Shown here: positions 1-8,766 of the stretch, piece after piece
Layout: each line of letters starts with the position of its first letter
Numbering within the stretch: the stretch's first letter is position 1
Origin: a virus
Lineage: Duplodnaviria; Caudoviricetes
Reading direction: 5' to 3' (one strand)
DNA length: 64,000 nt
IMG/VR virus record: IMGVR_UViG_3300030097_000310
Span: 2,760 to 66,759 of that record
Notes under the pieces: model-generated
Databases searched by the model: none
What the model saw: only the letters and a program-made list of their open reading frames with translations
What the model was told of the DNA's origin: nothing
Made by a program: the position numbers and the translations under genes

Positions 1-28
1 CCGTGCCACAGACCACCCGCTTTACGGC

Positions 29-991
29 GTGCTGCACGACCAGGCGAACGGTTGGCAGACAGCGTTTCAGTACGTCGAAGGTTCGATGGTGAACCTGTCG
101 ACGCGCGGCAACGGTTATGCGTACATCGAACGCAATAACCGCGGACAGACTATCAGGCTTACGCCGCTCAATCCGGATCCGGTTATTATCGACCAGGCGA
201 TCGACTGGTCGCCGCTCTACAGCGTTACGCTGCCTGACAATACGCGCGCTAAACGGCTTACGTCTCGCGAGATACACCATATCTCTGGGCCACTGCCTAA
301 AGGCTATGTCGGGCAGTCGATGATTTCTCTTGCGCGTGACGCGATCGGGCTTGGCTTGGCAGCGGAACGGTTCGGATCGCATCTGTACAAGAACGGCGTG
401 AAGCCTAGCGGAGTGCTTAAGCACCCAAAGGCTATCGGGCCGGAGGCTACCGACAATCTTCGGCAGCAGTTCGAGTCCAAGTACGGCGGGCTTTCAAATT
501 CCAGCCGGCCGCTTGTGCTTGAAGAGGGCATGGAATGGATAGCAATGTCCATCGCGCCCAACGACGCGCAGTTCCTCGAAACGAGGAAATTTCAGCGCAG
601 CGAGATTGCCGGTATCTTTCGCGTACCGGCGCACTTGGTCAACGACCTTGAGCGCGCGACGTTCTCCAATATCGAGCACCAGACGCTTGAGTTTGTAATC
701 CATAGTTTGCGGCCGTGGCTGAAGCGATGGGAACAGGCGATTAATCGCGACCTATTGGCTCCTCAAGAGCAGGGCGAATACTTCGCCGAGTTCCTTATGG
801 ATGATCTGCTCCGCGGCGATATCAAGTCGCGTTACGAGGCATATGCGCAGGCCGTCCAAAACAAATGGATGAACGCCAACGAGATTCGTATTCGCGAGAA
901 CATGAATCCGCGCGAAGGCGGCGACGTTTACGAAAACCCTGCAATTCAGGTCAAGGAAGCGGCGACTACGCCGGCGCCAGCAGGCACATAA
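29..991 (+). CDS. HK97-family portal protein (5' part missing from window)
   Basis: Portal motifs LSTRGNGYAYI, QFLETRKFQRSEIAGIFRVP, ATFSNIEHQ, NEIRIRENMNP; first gene of head cluster. Confidence 0.95.
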   Translation: MLHDQANGWQTAFQYVEGSMVNLSTRGNGYAYIERNNRGQTIRLTPLNPDPVIIDQAIDWSPLYSVTLPDNTRAKRLTSREIHHISGPLPKGYVGQSMISLARDAIGLGLAAERFGSHLYKNGVKPSGVLKHPKAIGPEATDNLRQQFESKYGGLSNSSRPLVLEEGMEWIAMSIAPNDAQFLETRKFQRSEIAGIFRVPAHLVNDLERATFSNIEHQTLEFVIHSLRPWLKRWEQAINRDLLAPQEQGEYFAEFLMDDLLRGDIKSRYEAYAQAVQNKWMNANEIRIRENMNPREGGDVYENPAIQVKEAATTPAPAGT

Positions 992-1001
992 AGGAAAATC
1001 G

Positions 1002-1850
1002 ATGGACCTAATCAACTTCAGCGCGCCCAAAAGCGAGCGGCGCGACCGCTTCTTTGCGCGCTCGGTGGGGACTTCCTTCGATGTCCGTTCCGAGGCAGAC
1101 TCAACCGAGATCGACATTTACGACGAAATTGGATTTTGGGGCGTTAACGCCAAGGAATTCCGGTCGCGTCTTCGCGATGCTGGCGACGTTGTTCTGCGCA
1201 TTAACTCGCCTGGCGGCGATGTCTTTGACGGAATTGCGATCTACAATGACCTTGTCCAGCACAAAGGCAATGTGCGCGTTGAGGTAACTGGGCTGGCGGC
1301 AAGCATCGCGTCTGTTATCGCGATGGCCGGCGATGAAATTGCGATCGCCGACAATGGGTTCTTCATGATCCATAATGCCTGGACGATCGGCCTAGGCAAT
1401 CGGCACGACTTTAACGAGTTGTCCGGCACGCTAGCGAAGATCGACGACGCATTGGCGCGCACTTACGCTTCGCGAACAGGTGCCGGCATTCGGTCAATCA
1501 AGCAGATGATGGACGACGAGACTTGGCTAACCGCAAAGGAAGCCAAGGAGATCGGGTTCGCTACAGGCTCGATCGGCAACACGGACGCAAAAGCAAAATT
1601 CGACGTTTCTGTTTTCGGTGAAATTCCCGACGCGCTCAAATGGGAGCCGGACGGTGTCGAGCCTGAAACGGAGAGAGATTGGGAACGAACAGCCATGCAG
1701 GACGCTGGCTGGTCGCGATCCAGAGTGCGTGCATTCAAGCGCGCGCTAACCAAGGAAAACAACGACGAGACCACGCAGGACGCTGGCGAAGTCGATTTCT
1801 CAGCACTTGCCGAGGCCGTTGCGGCTGTATCGGCGAAGTTCAACCAATAA
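1002..1850 (+). CDS. ClpP-like (S14) prohead maturation protease
   Basis: RINSPGGDVFDG, GLAASIASVIAMAG, MIHNAW, DETWLTAKEA; between portal and capsid. Confidence 0.93.
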   Translation: MDLINFSAPKSERRDRFFARSVGTSFDVRSEADSTEIDIYDEIGFWGVNAKEFRSRLRDAGDVVLRINSPGGDVFDGIAIYNDLVQHKGNVRVEVTGLAASIASVIAMAGDEIAIADNGFFMIHNAWTIGLGNRHDFNELSGTLAKIDDALARTYASRTGAGIRSIKQMMDDETWLTAKEAKEIGFATGSIGNTDAKAKFDVSVFGEIPDALKWEPDGVEPETERDWERTAMQDAGWSRSRVRAFKRALTKENNDETTQDAGEVDFSALAEAVAAVSAKFNQ

Positions 1851-1864
1851 TAGGAGGGCTTACA

Positions 1865-3220
1865 ATGCCCGTTACTGAACAGGTCGTCGAGCAGATTGCT
1901 AACGACGTAAAGAAGTTTGGCGAGACCGCTGAAGGTCTGCGCGCCATGAACGACAACGCCAAGCGCGAGCTCGGCGAACTCCGCGCCGAACTTGACAAGT
2001 ACGGCAACAAGCTGGACGCCATCTCTGTCGAGAAAATCGACAAGATCGCCGCTTCTGTCGAAGCGCAGGACGCCGCACTTGATGGCCTTAAGGCTCTTCC
2101 GGAGCAGGTCGAACGCATCGACGCGACGCTTAAGCGTCCGGGCTTTGGCGCAGGCTGGAAAGACGACGAAGCAGTCAAGGAAGCCAAGGCTGCTTTCGAT
2201 TGGCACAAGGCCGTACTCGTCAGCGATGGCAAGTACGCCTTCAATACCGAAATCGAGCCGGACACAGAAGCTTACGCTGAATACAAAAAGTCGTATTCCG
2301 CGTACCTGCGCGCTCGCGAAGGCAAGTCTGCATCGTTCCAGGCCGCTCTTTCGACTGGCTCGGATCCGGACGGCGGCTACATGGTCCCGACCGAACGTTC
2401 GGCGCGCGTGATCGAAAAGGTCTACGAAACGTCTGCGCTTCGCGGTTTTGCGACTGTCGAAACCATCTCCGGCAAGGAACTCATCATTCCGCGCGACGAG
2501 GGCGAATTCGGCTACGGCTGGATTGGCGAAACCGAGGCGCCTAGCGAAACCACGACTTCCCAGTTCGGCGAGTCGAAGATCGCCGTGCATGAAATGTACG
2601 CCGAGCCGCGCGCTACTCAGCAGATGCTCGAGGACGCCGGATTCGATATCGAAGGCTGGATCGACCGCAAGGTCGGCGACAAGTTCGGCCGCGTAGAGGC
2701 TGCCGCGTTCTTCAACGGCGACGGCGTCAACAAGCCGCGCGGTCTGCTGACCTACGCTGCGGGCACCAGCAACAAGCAGATTGAGCAGATCGCCTCCGGC
2801 GCCGCTGCTGCTGTTACGGCTGACGGCATCTACAATCTCGTCTTCTCGCTGAAGGATTACTACACGACCAACGCTCGCTTCATGATGAAGCGAACCACGG
2901 TCCGCGACGTCCTGAAGCTGAAAGACGGCGACGGCCAGTATATGTGGCAGATGGGCGACATCCGCACCGGCCAGCCGAACACGCTGCTTGGCTTCCCGGT
3001 CAGCCGCGCCGAAGACATGCCGACCGTCGAGGCTAGCGCCCTGGCGATCGCGTTTGGCGACTTCTCGATGGCTTACACCATCGTCGATCGCCTCGGCATC
3101 ACGCTGCTTCGCGACAACCTGACTGCCAAGCCGTATGTGAAGTTCTACAACCGCCGCCGCGTTGGTGGTGACGTTGTCAACTTCGAAGCGGTCAAGCTGC
3201 AGAAGATTGCCGCTTCCTAA
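1865..3220 (+). CDS. HK97-fold major capsid protein with N-terminal delta domain
   Basis: GSDPDGGYMVP, FFNGDGVNKPRGLL, LLGFPV, FGDFSMAYTIVDR; ATG 1865 follows GGAGGG, so the longer 1679 start is unlikely. Confidence 0.96.
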   Translation: MPVTEQVVEQIANDVKKFGETAEGLRAMNDNAKRELGELRAELDKYGNKLDAISVEKIDKIAASVEAQDAALDGLKALPEQVERIDATLKRPGFGAGWKDDEAVKEAKAAFDWHKAVLVSDGKYAFNTEIEPDTEAYAEYKKSYSAYLRAREGKSASFQAALSTGSDPDGGYMVPTERSARVIEKVYETSALRGFATVETISGKELIIPRDEGEFGYGWIGETEAPSETTTSQFGESKIAVHEMYAEPRATQQMLEDAGFDIEGWIDRKVGDKFGRVEAAAFFNGDGVNKPRGLLTYAAGTSNKQIEQIASGAAAAVTADGIYNLVFSLKDYYTTNARFMMKRTTVRDVLKLKDGDGQYMWQMGDIRTGQPNTLLGFPVSRAEDMPTVEASALAIAFGDFSMAYTIVDRLGITLLRDNLTAKPYVKFYNRRRVGGDVVNFEAVKLQKIAAS

Positions 3221-3225
3221 GCCTA

Positions 3226-3248
3226 ACGGGCGGCCTTAGCGCCGCCCA
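3226..3248 (+). terminator. Hairpin after capsid gene
   Basis: GGGCGGC-cttagc-GCCGCCC stem; weak U tract. Confidence 0.45.
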
Positions 3249-3281
3249 CTCCAAACTCAACTTTTGAAAGGAGCGAGGCTT

Positions 3282-3713
3282 ATGGCCGTTCGCGATCTTA
3301 TGAATAACATCCACCCGGTTGTCGCTATTGCGCCAGTCGTGGTTACGGATGGCACGGCGCAGGTTTCTGGCGCCATCGACACCCGCGGTTACGAAAGCGT
3401 TACCTTCGTAATCCTTACCGGCACGCTTGCCGATGCTGACGCAACCTGGGCCGTAACGGTCAAGGAAGGCGATGACAGCACGCAGGGCAACCACACCGCT
3501 GTTGCTGATGCTGATCTGCTTGGCACCGAAGCGCTGGCTGGCTTTACGTTCGCCGCTGATGATGCCTGCCGCAAGATAGGCTATTCCGGCACCAAGCGTT
3601 ACGTCTCGATCGAGATTGACGACGTTACCGCCAACACAGGTAATGCGCCTATGGCTGTTGTTGCCATCCTTGGTCATCCGGCACTCGCGCCGACTGACAA
3701 TCCGCCCGCTTAA
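3282..3713 (+). CDS. Head-associated virion protein (decoration/cement-like)
   Basis: Position after capsid; Ala/Val/Thr-rich; GAAAGGAG RBS. Confidence 0.6.
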   Translation: MAVRDLMNNIHPVVAIAPVVVTDGTAQVSGAIDTRGYESVTFVILTGTLADADATWAVTVKEGDDSTQGNHTAVADADLLGTEALAGFTFAADDACRKIGYSGTKRYVSIEIDDVTANTGNAPMAVVAILGHPALAPTDNPPA

Positions 3714-3788
3714 GCAGGACTAACCCGAAGCGCTAAGCGCTAGAGGTGGTCGCGTTGCGGCCGCCTCGCAGCAAAGGGAATACTAATC

Positions 3789-4220
3789 ATGGCTGATGCC
3801 ACATACACACCAAAGGTATACCGCAAGCAAGGCGGCGACGAGTTTGTCGTTGCAAGCGGCGGCACCTTCACGCTGGAATCTGGCGCAACGTTTACAGACG
3901 AGCGGTTTAGCGCGTCCGTTGCGGTAGCCGCTGACGTGTTAGCCATTCCGGTTACGGCGCGGTATGTCGCCAAGACTACCGGTGCTGATGCGGAAGCTTT
4001 GACGCTCGCTAATGGCGTACCAGGACAGCGCCTCAATATCGCGCTTGTCACTGACGGTGGCGGCACTGGTACGCTTACGCCGGCGACTTGCTCTGGCTTT
4101 GCTACGATCGTGTTTGCAGACGCCGGCGACATTGCCGATCTGGAATACGTCGACGATACCGTTGGCTGGATCCTTGTCGGTACTGCTGGTGTTGTCGCGC
4201 CGCCCGTGATTACGGTCTAA
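3789..4220 (+). CDS. Putative virion decoration protein
   Basis: Beta-rich small protein in head cluster (LTLANGVPGQRL, GTLTPAT). Confidence 0.5.
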   Translation: MADATYTPKVYRKQGGDEFVVASGGTFTLESGATFTDERFSASVAVAADVLAIPVTARYVAKTTGADAEALTLANGVPGQRLNIALVTDGGGTGTLTPATCSGFATIVFADAGDIADLEYVDDTVGWILVGTAGVVAPPVITV

Positions 4221-4223
4221 TCG

Positions 4224-4502
4224 ATGCCGATGCACAAAGCATTGAAGCCGTTCGGATGGTATCCGGACGGCTACACTCGTGAGGCGCTGAATGTCGGCGA
4301 CGAGCGGGATTTCGGAAGCGCGGCAGACGGACTTGTTGCGGAAAAGATGATTGCTCCGGTTGATGATGCTCCGGCTGAGCAGACCGTTAAGCCCGTCGAG
4401 GAGACTGCCGTAGAACAGGTAGCCGAACCAACCATCGAGCCTGTCGATGTTGCGCCGGTTGAGGAAGCCAGCCGTCCGCGGCAACCGCGGAGGAAGAAGT
4501 GA
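4224..4502 (+). CDS. Hypothetical head-cluster protein
   Basis: ORF coupled to neighbours; basic C-terminus. Confidence 0.6.
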   Translation: MPMHKALKPFGWYPDGYTREALNVGDERDFGSAADGLVAEKMIAPVDDAPAEQTVKPVEETAVEQVAEPTIEPVDVAPVEEASRPRQPRRKK

Positions 4503-4867
4503 GTTTCATTAGAACGCACACTGTTACCGTAACAACCGACGCGAGTGGAGATGCGACTGCATATACCGGCGAAATAAACGGGGTTCTGTCGCATATCGTT
4601 TATGTTAAGGACGATTTCGCGACGGGCGTAGACTTTACAATAACAGCAGAGAAGACCGGCCAAAACATTTGGGTGGAATCCGACGTTAATGCAAGTGCCG
4701 TGAGGGCACCAAGGCAGCCGACGCACAGTCAAACCGGCGTACCTCTTGATTACGCAGCAAGCGGCAGCCTGGTTGAGTCGGATATCGCGATAGACGGCAG
4801 AATCAAGATTGTTATTGCGCAGGGTGGCAACGCAGCAAGCGGCACCTTCCACATCATTGAAAAGTAA
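4499..4867 (+). CDS. Hypothetical virion protein
   Basis: GTGA overlap with previous gene; beta-rich. Confidence 0.6.
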   Translation: MSFIRTHTVTVTTDASGDATAYTGEINGVLSHIVYVKDDFATGVDFTITAEKTGQNIWVESDVNASAVRAPRQPTHSQTGVPLDYAASGSLVESDIAIDGRIKIVIAQGGNAASGTFHIIEK

Positions 4868-4881
4868 ATAGGCAATAAGCA

Positions 4882-5457
4882 ATGGCTCTAAAACTGGTTA
4901 CGGCCGCATCCGAGCCGTTGCTTTCGCTCGCCGAAATTAAGCGTCACGTGCACGCGGAAGACTTCGCAGACGACGACGCATACCTTACAGCGCTCGGCGC
5001 TACGGCAGAGGACAATATAGGGGGCGCGACCGGATTTTTAGGACGCGCGCTTGGGCAGTCAGTGTACGAATTAAGGCTCGACTGCTTCCCGCGCGGAGTT
5101 ATCAATATCCCGTTGCCGCCTTTGGTTTCGGTTGATGAAGTCGAATACGTCGACGTCGCTGGCGTTGCGCAGACATACACGACGTACAGGACGTTCGGAG
5201 TCGGATCCGCGGTCTATGGCGGTTACATCCTGTACGAATACGACGACGAATGGCCGGACACGCGAGACGACGAGCCGGAAGCGGTACGCATCACGTTTAC
5301 CGCCGGCTACGCGACTATTCCTGCGCCTATCAAGCACGCCGCTCTTTTGATGGTTGGCGACTGGTACGCGAACCGCGAAGACACAAACGAAATGAGCATG
5401 AACGCGCTGCCGCGTGGCGTTGAAGCCCTGCTGGCGCCGTATCGCTATTGGGCATAA
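4882..5457 (+). CDS. Head-tail connector (gp6-like)
   Basis: EPLLSLAEIKRH, PLPPLVSV, VRITFTAGY, IKHAALLMVGDWYANRE. Confidence 0.9.
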   Translation: MALKLVTAASEPLLSLAEIKRHVHAEDFADDDAYLTALGATAEDNIGGATGFLGRALGQSVYELRLDCFPRGVINIPLPPLVSVDEVEYVDVAGVAQTYTTYRTFGVGSAVYGGYILYEYDDEWPDTRDDEPEAVRITFTAGYATIPAPIKHAALLMVGDWYANREDTNEMSMNALPRGVEALLAPYRYWA

Positions 5458-5572
5458 CGGGAAAATATCTTGCCGATTATGTGACGGGATTGCCTAGCGC
5501 AAACACCAGTCACACGCGTTCGTTGCCTGGTATGTAACCAATACCACAAAAACCACCACATAGGACTCACAA

Positions 5573-5992
5573 ATGGTAGACCTCGTAATTACCGCGGCAA
5601 ACGTCGCAGCAGGTGCAAACGCGACAACTCGCCACGGCACGGCAGGCGAGACAATCACGGCCGGTCAGGCTGTATATCTTGACCAGGCGTCGACCGGCGA
5701 ATGGCTGCTAGCTGATTCCGATGGCGCCAGTGCTGCGGTCCGCGGCGGCGAGCTCGTCGGCATCGCCTTGAATGGCGCAAGCGACGGCCAGCCAATCAAG
5801 GTGCAGCTTGACGGCGACATCACGATCGGCGCAACGCTGACTGCTGGCACCACGTACTATCTTTCTGACGCGCCTGGCGGAATTTGCCCGATCGCCGATT
5901 TGGCTACTGGCGATTACTACGTGATTGTTGGTATTGCGACCAGCACTAGCGTCCTGAAGCTTGGCTTCCAGTACAGCGGCGTCGCTGCGTAA
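5573..5992 (+). CDS. Putative capsid cement/decoration protein
   Basis: TAGETITAGQAVY...GIALNGA pattern; own leader with RBS. Confidence 0.55.
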   Translation: MVDLVITAANVAAGANATTRHGTAGETITAGQAVYLDQASTGEWLLADSDGASAAVRGGELVGIALNGASDGQPIKVQLDGDITIGATLTAGTTYYLSDAPGGICPIADLATGDYYVIVGIATSTSVLKLGFQYSGVAA

Positions 5993-6336
5993 TGATCGGC
6001 GCCGGCAAAATGGACCGGCGCATCCGATTTGAGCGCCGCGAGGATGTCGACGACGGCTACGGCAATACCGTAGCAGGAGATTGGACTCCGCAATTCGAGC
6101 AGGCCGCGCATCGAATGTGGCTGCGCGGTGGAGAATCCACGTTTGCGGCACGCCTTGAGGGCCGACAGCCGGTAATCCTGACCATTCGCTGTAGTGCGCA
6201 GGCCCGGCAAGTCACCAATGATTGGCGCGCCGTCGATACGCGTGATGGACGGCTCTACAACATCCGGGAGAACCCAAAGGAATCGGAAGATAGGCAGTTT
6301 CTCGAGATGCTCGCCGAAAGCGGAGTGTCTACGTGA
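5992..6336 (+). CDS. Head closure / head-tail adaptor
   Basis: GAGKMDRRIRFER, DDGYGN, LYNIRE. Confidence 0.85.
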   Translation: MIGAGKMDRRIRFERREDVDDGYGNTVAGDWTPQFEQAAHRMWLRGGESTFAARLEGRQPVILTIRCSAQARQVTNDWRAVDTRDGRLYNIRENPKESEDRQFLEMLAESGVST

Positions 6337-6803
6337 CGATTATTGGCCTCGACAAGCTAAATCGGAAGCTAAAGACCATCCCGAGGGAAGCGGAAACGGC
6401 GGCCAAGGACGCGGTCGTTAAAGGTGCGAACGAAATCGCAGCGTTGCAGCGCAGCCTTGTGCCTGTGGTTGATGGCGACCTTCAGGACAGCATTCATGTA
6501 ACCAATCCAGGTGAATCTACGCCGCCTTATAGCCAACCAGGCGGGCAGCGTACCGCGAAAGACCTTGAGGCAATCGTAACGGCCGGAAACTCGAAAGTGC
6601 GATACGCGCATCTCGTTGAATTCGGCACAGCGCAGCACGTTAATGCTGGTATTTTCGCAGGAACGAAAAACCCTGGCACTACCGCGCGTCCGTTTTTTTG
6701 GCCCGGATTCCGTGCGCTAAGAAAGCGAGTAAAGTCGCGCATTACGCGCAGCATCAATAAAGCCGTGCGCGAAGCGGCGCAAAAGGGCGGAACAAACCCA
6801 TGA
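6333..6803 (+). CDS. HK97 gp10-like tail completion protein
   Basis: GDLQDSI, YAHLVEFGT, ARPFFWP. Confidence 0.9.
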   Translation: MTIIGLDKLNRKLKTIPREAETAAKDAVVKGANEIAALQRSLVPVVDGDLQDSIHVTNPGESTPPYSQPGGQRTAKDLEAIVTAGNSKVRYAHLVEFGTAQHVNAGIFAGTKNPGTTARPFFWPGFRALRKRVKSRITRSINKAVREAAQKGGTNP

Positions 6804-7210
6804 GCAGCACGGCGGAAGTGCAAAAACTACTTTACGACACGCTTAAAGGCGACGGCGCCATCATGGCGATTGCCAATGGCGTCTATGACCGGGTGCCAGA
6901 CAACCCGTTCGGGCAGAAAACGGCGTACATTTCATTCGGGTCCATCGACACCGCGGAAGACGACGCTGATTGCATTACGGGCGTCGAGATTACGGCGCAG
7001 ATCGATGTCTGGTCTAAAAAACCCGGCAAGGTCGAGTGCAGGACACTAACCGACCTTGTGCGGCGCAAGTTGCACCGCGCCTCGCTTGAGTTAACCGAAA
7101 ACGCACTTGTCGGAACATGGGTAGTTCTCACCCGCGTGTTTAGCGACCCGGATCCGCTGACATCGCACGGCGTCGTCCAGGTCACATGCATGGTCGAAGA
7201 GCCGAGATGA
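6800..7210 (+). CDS. Tail terminator (DUF3168-like)
   Basis: VYDRVP, YISFG, QIDVWS, HGVVQV; synteny. Confidence 0.85.
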   Translation: MSSTAEVQKLLYDTLKGDGAIMAIANGVYDRVPDNPFGQKTAYISFGSIDTAEDDADCITGVEITAQIDVWSKKPGKVECRTLTDLVRRKLHRASLELTENALVGTWVVLTRVFSDPDPLTSHGVVQVTCMVEEPR

Positions 7211-7407
7211 TGCACGCAGAGTTTCTACAAGAGTTCCACCACGACAGGCGCCCTAAAGAAGGCGTTGCGTTCGTTGTGCAACCAGGCGCGCGAAATGTCC
7301 CGCGCGATGTAGCCGAGGCGGCGATAAAGGCTGGAGCGGCTATCTCGACAGACCCTCCGCCGAAACGAAAAACCACCAACAAAATAACCACCACCACGGC
7401 CGCATAG
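7207..7407 (+). CDS. Hypothetical protein
   Basis: ATGA-coupled small ORF before the tail tube gene. Confidence 0.55.
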   Translation: MMHAEFLQEFHHDRRPKEGVAFVVQPGARNVPRDVAEAAIKAGAAISTDPPPKRKTTNKITTTTAA

Positions 7408-7420
7408 GCGGCTTTTCTTT
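7398..7420 (+). terminator. Rho-independent terminator
   Basis: GCCGC-atag-GCGGC followed by TTTTCTTTT. Confidence 0.65.
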
Positions 7421-7443
7421 TGCCCTGAAAGGACAGCCGCAAG

Positions 7444-7887
7444 ATGGCTAAAGCAACCACCCAATCATTCGAGCAGCTTATTCTGGACGTCGAGTTCGTA
7501 GCGTCCAGCGGTACCTATACCGCGATCTGCGGACTTATCGATGTTACAGTCACGCGCACCGCAAACGTCGATACGGCGGAAGTGCCGGATTGCGCAGACG
7601 AAAGCCTTCCTCTGAGCCTTGAAAAGCAGGTTCGGTCGATCGAGGTTTCTGTAAGCGGTACCGGCGTGTGGGCGCAGGAGTCGCACGGCAACCTTATGGA
7701 TTGGTTCTATTCTTCGGCTACGAAGAACGTGCGTATTCGCAATACCAATGCGTCGACCGGAGACACCGAAATCGAGTCCGGCGCAGCGCTGCTGACTTCG
7801 CTTACGAATACGCGAACGAAGGGTATCAAGGTTTCTGCCGAGATTGAAATCCAGTTCGATGGCACGCCGGCTCGTACGGACGCCTAA
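7444..7887 (+). CDS. Major tail tube protein
   Basis: YTAICGL, EVPDCADE, VSVSGTGV; synteny. Confidence 0.85.
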   Translation: MAKATTQSFEQLILDVEFVASSGTYTAICGLIDVTVTRTANVDTAEVPDCADESLPLSLEKQVRSIEVSVSGTGVWAQESHGNLMDWFYSSATKNVRIRNTNASTGDTEIESGAALLTSLTNTRTKGIKVSAEIEIQFDGTPARTDA

Positions 7888-7889
7888 TC

Positions 7890-8249
7890 ATGGCTAGAGG
7901 AGTTGAGCTGACATGGGCTGGCGGTGAGCATGTGTTTTTGCTCACCGTCGATTTGCTGCGCGCGGTGCAGGACAAGTGCGACGCAGGGCCAGCTTACATT
8001 CTTGAGCGGCTTTCGACGCGTCGTTGGCATGTTGATGACGTGCTGGCGCCTATCAGGCTAGGGCTTGAAGGTGGCGGCATGGACAAGGAAGATGCGCGCA
8101 AGCTAGTCAAGCGGCACGTCGAGGACGAACCGCTTGCTGCGTCCGTCCTGACTGCTCAGGCGGTGCTTATGTCCGTGCTTTACGGAGCAGCGGACGAGGA
8201 CGACGGAGACAGCGACTCGGGGGAAGCGCCGGCGGCAGCGGACGCCTAA
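7890..8249 (+). CDS. Tail assembly chaperone (GTA gp10-like)
   Basis: DKCDAGP, IRLGLEGGGM; follows tube gene. Confidence 0.85.
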   Translation: MARGVELTWAGGEHVFLLTVDLLRAVQDKCDAGPAYILERLSTRRWHVDDVLAPIRLGLEGGGMDKEDARKLVKRHVEDEPLAASVLTAQAVLMSVLYGAADEDDGDSDSGEAPAAADA

Positions 8250-8449
8250 AGCCGCTGCCGCGTGGAAAAATTAGGTTTGACGATCTCTATAAATGGGGCG
8301 GCGTAATCAATCGCGACATTGGCGCAATGACGCTATTTGAATTGCGCGCCGCTACGCAAGGCTACGCAGAAGCAAACGGCGCGAAACCGCGCGGCGGGTC
8401 GATCGACGACGACAAGCTAGCAGAAATGGGTATCGCTGGTTTTGCTTAG
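8219..8449 (+). CDS. -1 frame extension of tail chaperone (gpGT-like)
   Basis: Open -1 frame from G GGG GAA (8219) to TAG 8449, containing IGAMTLFELRAATQGYAEANG; no own ATG/RBS near its start. Confidence 0.7.
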   Translation, partial: GGSAGGSGRLKPLPRGKIRFDDLYKWGGVINRDIGAMTLFELRAATQGYAEANGAKPRGGSIDDDKLAEMGIAGFA

Positions 8450-8724
8450 CGAATGACGCCGTACTTTGCGGCGCATTCCTCTGCTGTAATAGATGCAGCC
8501 TTGTCGGATTGCTCGCGCTTTATGTAGTCGTCGACACCGCTGACTGCAAAACCGGCTAGCAAGTCCGGCACGCCTATCGCCTCCAATTCATGTTCAAGCG
8601 CCTTTAGCGCCAAGCGGTACTCGTAAGCCGGCGCGCACATGTAGGCGGGACCAAGTCGCTTCATGGCTTCTTCGACGCCTGGCGCAGTTGACGCCAAGGC
8701 GATCAGCATAATTGCGGTCTGCAT
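8446..8724 (-). CDS. Moron: small exported protein antisense to tail operon
   Basis: Hydrophobic N-terminus MQTAIMLIALAS, AAAGG RBS, fills the chaperone-tape measure gap. Confidence 0.6.
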   Translation of the reverse strand: MQTAIMLIALASTAPGVEEAMKRLGPAYMCAPAYEYRLALKALEHELEAIGVPDLLAGFAVSGVDDYIKREQSDKAASITAEECAAKYGVIR

Positions 8725-8766
8725 TTCGCGCCTTTCGATTATTCAAGCTAACCAGGTAATAGCCGA

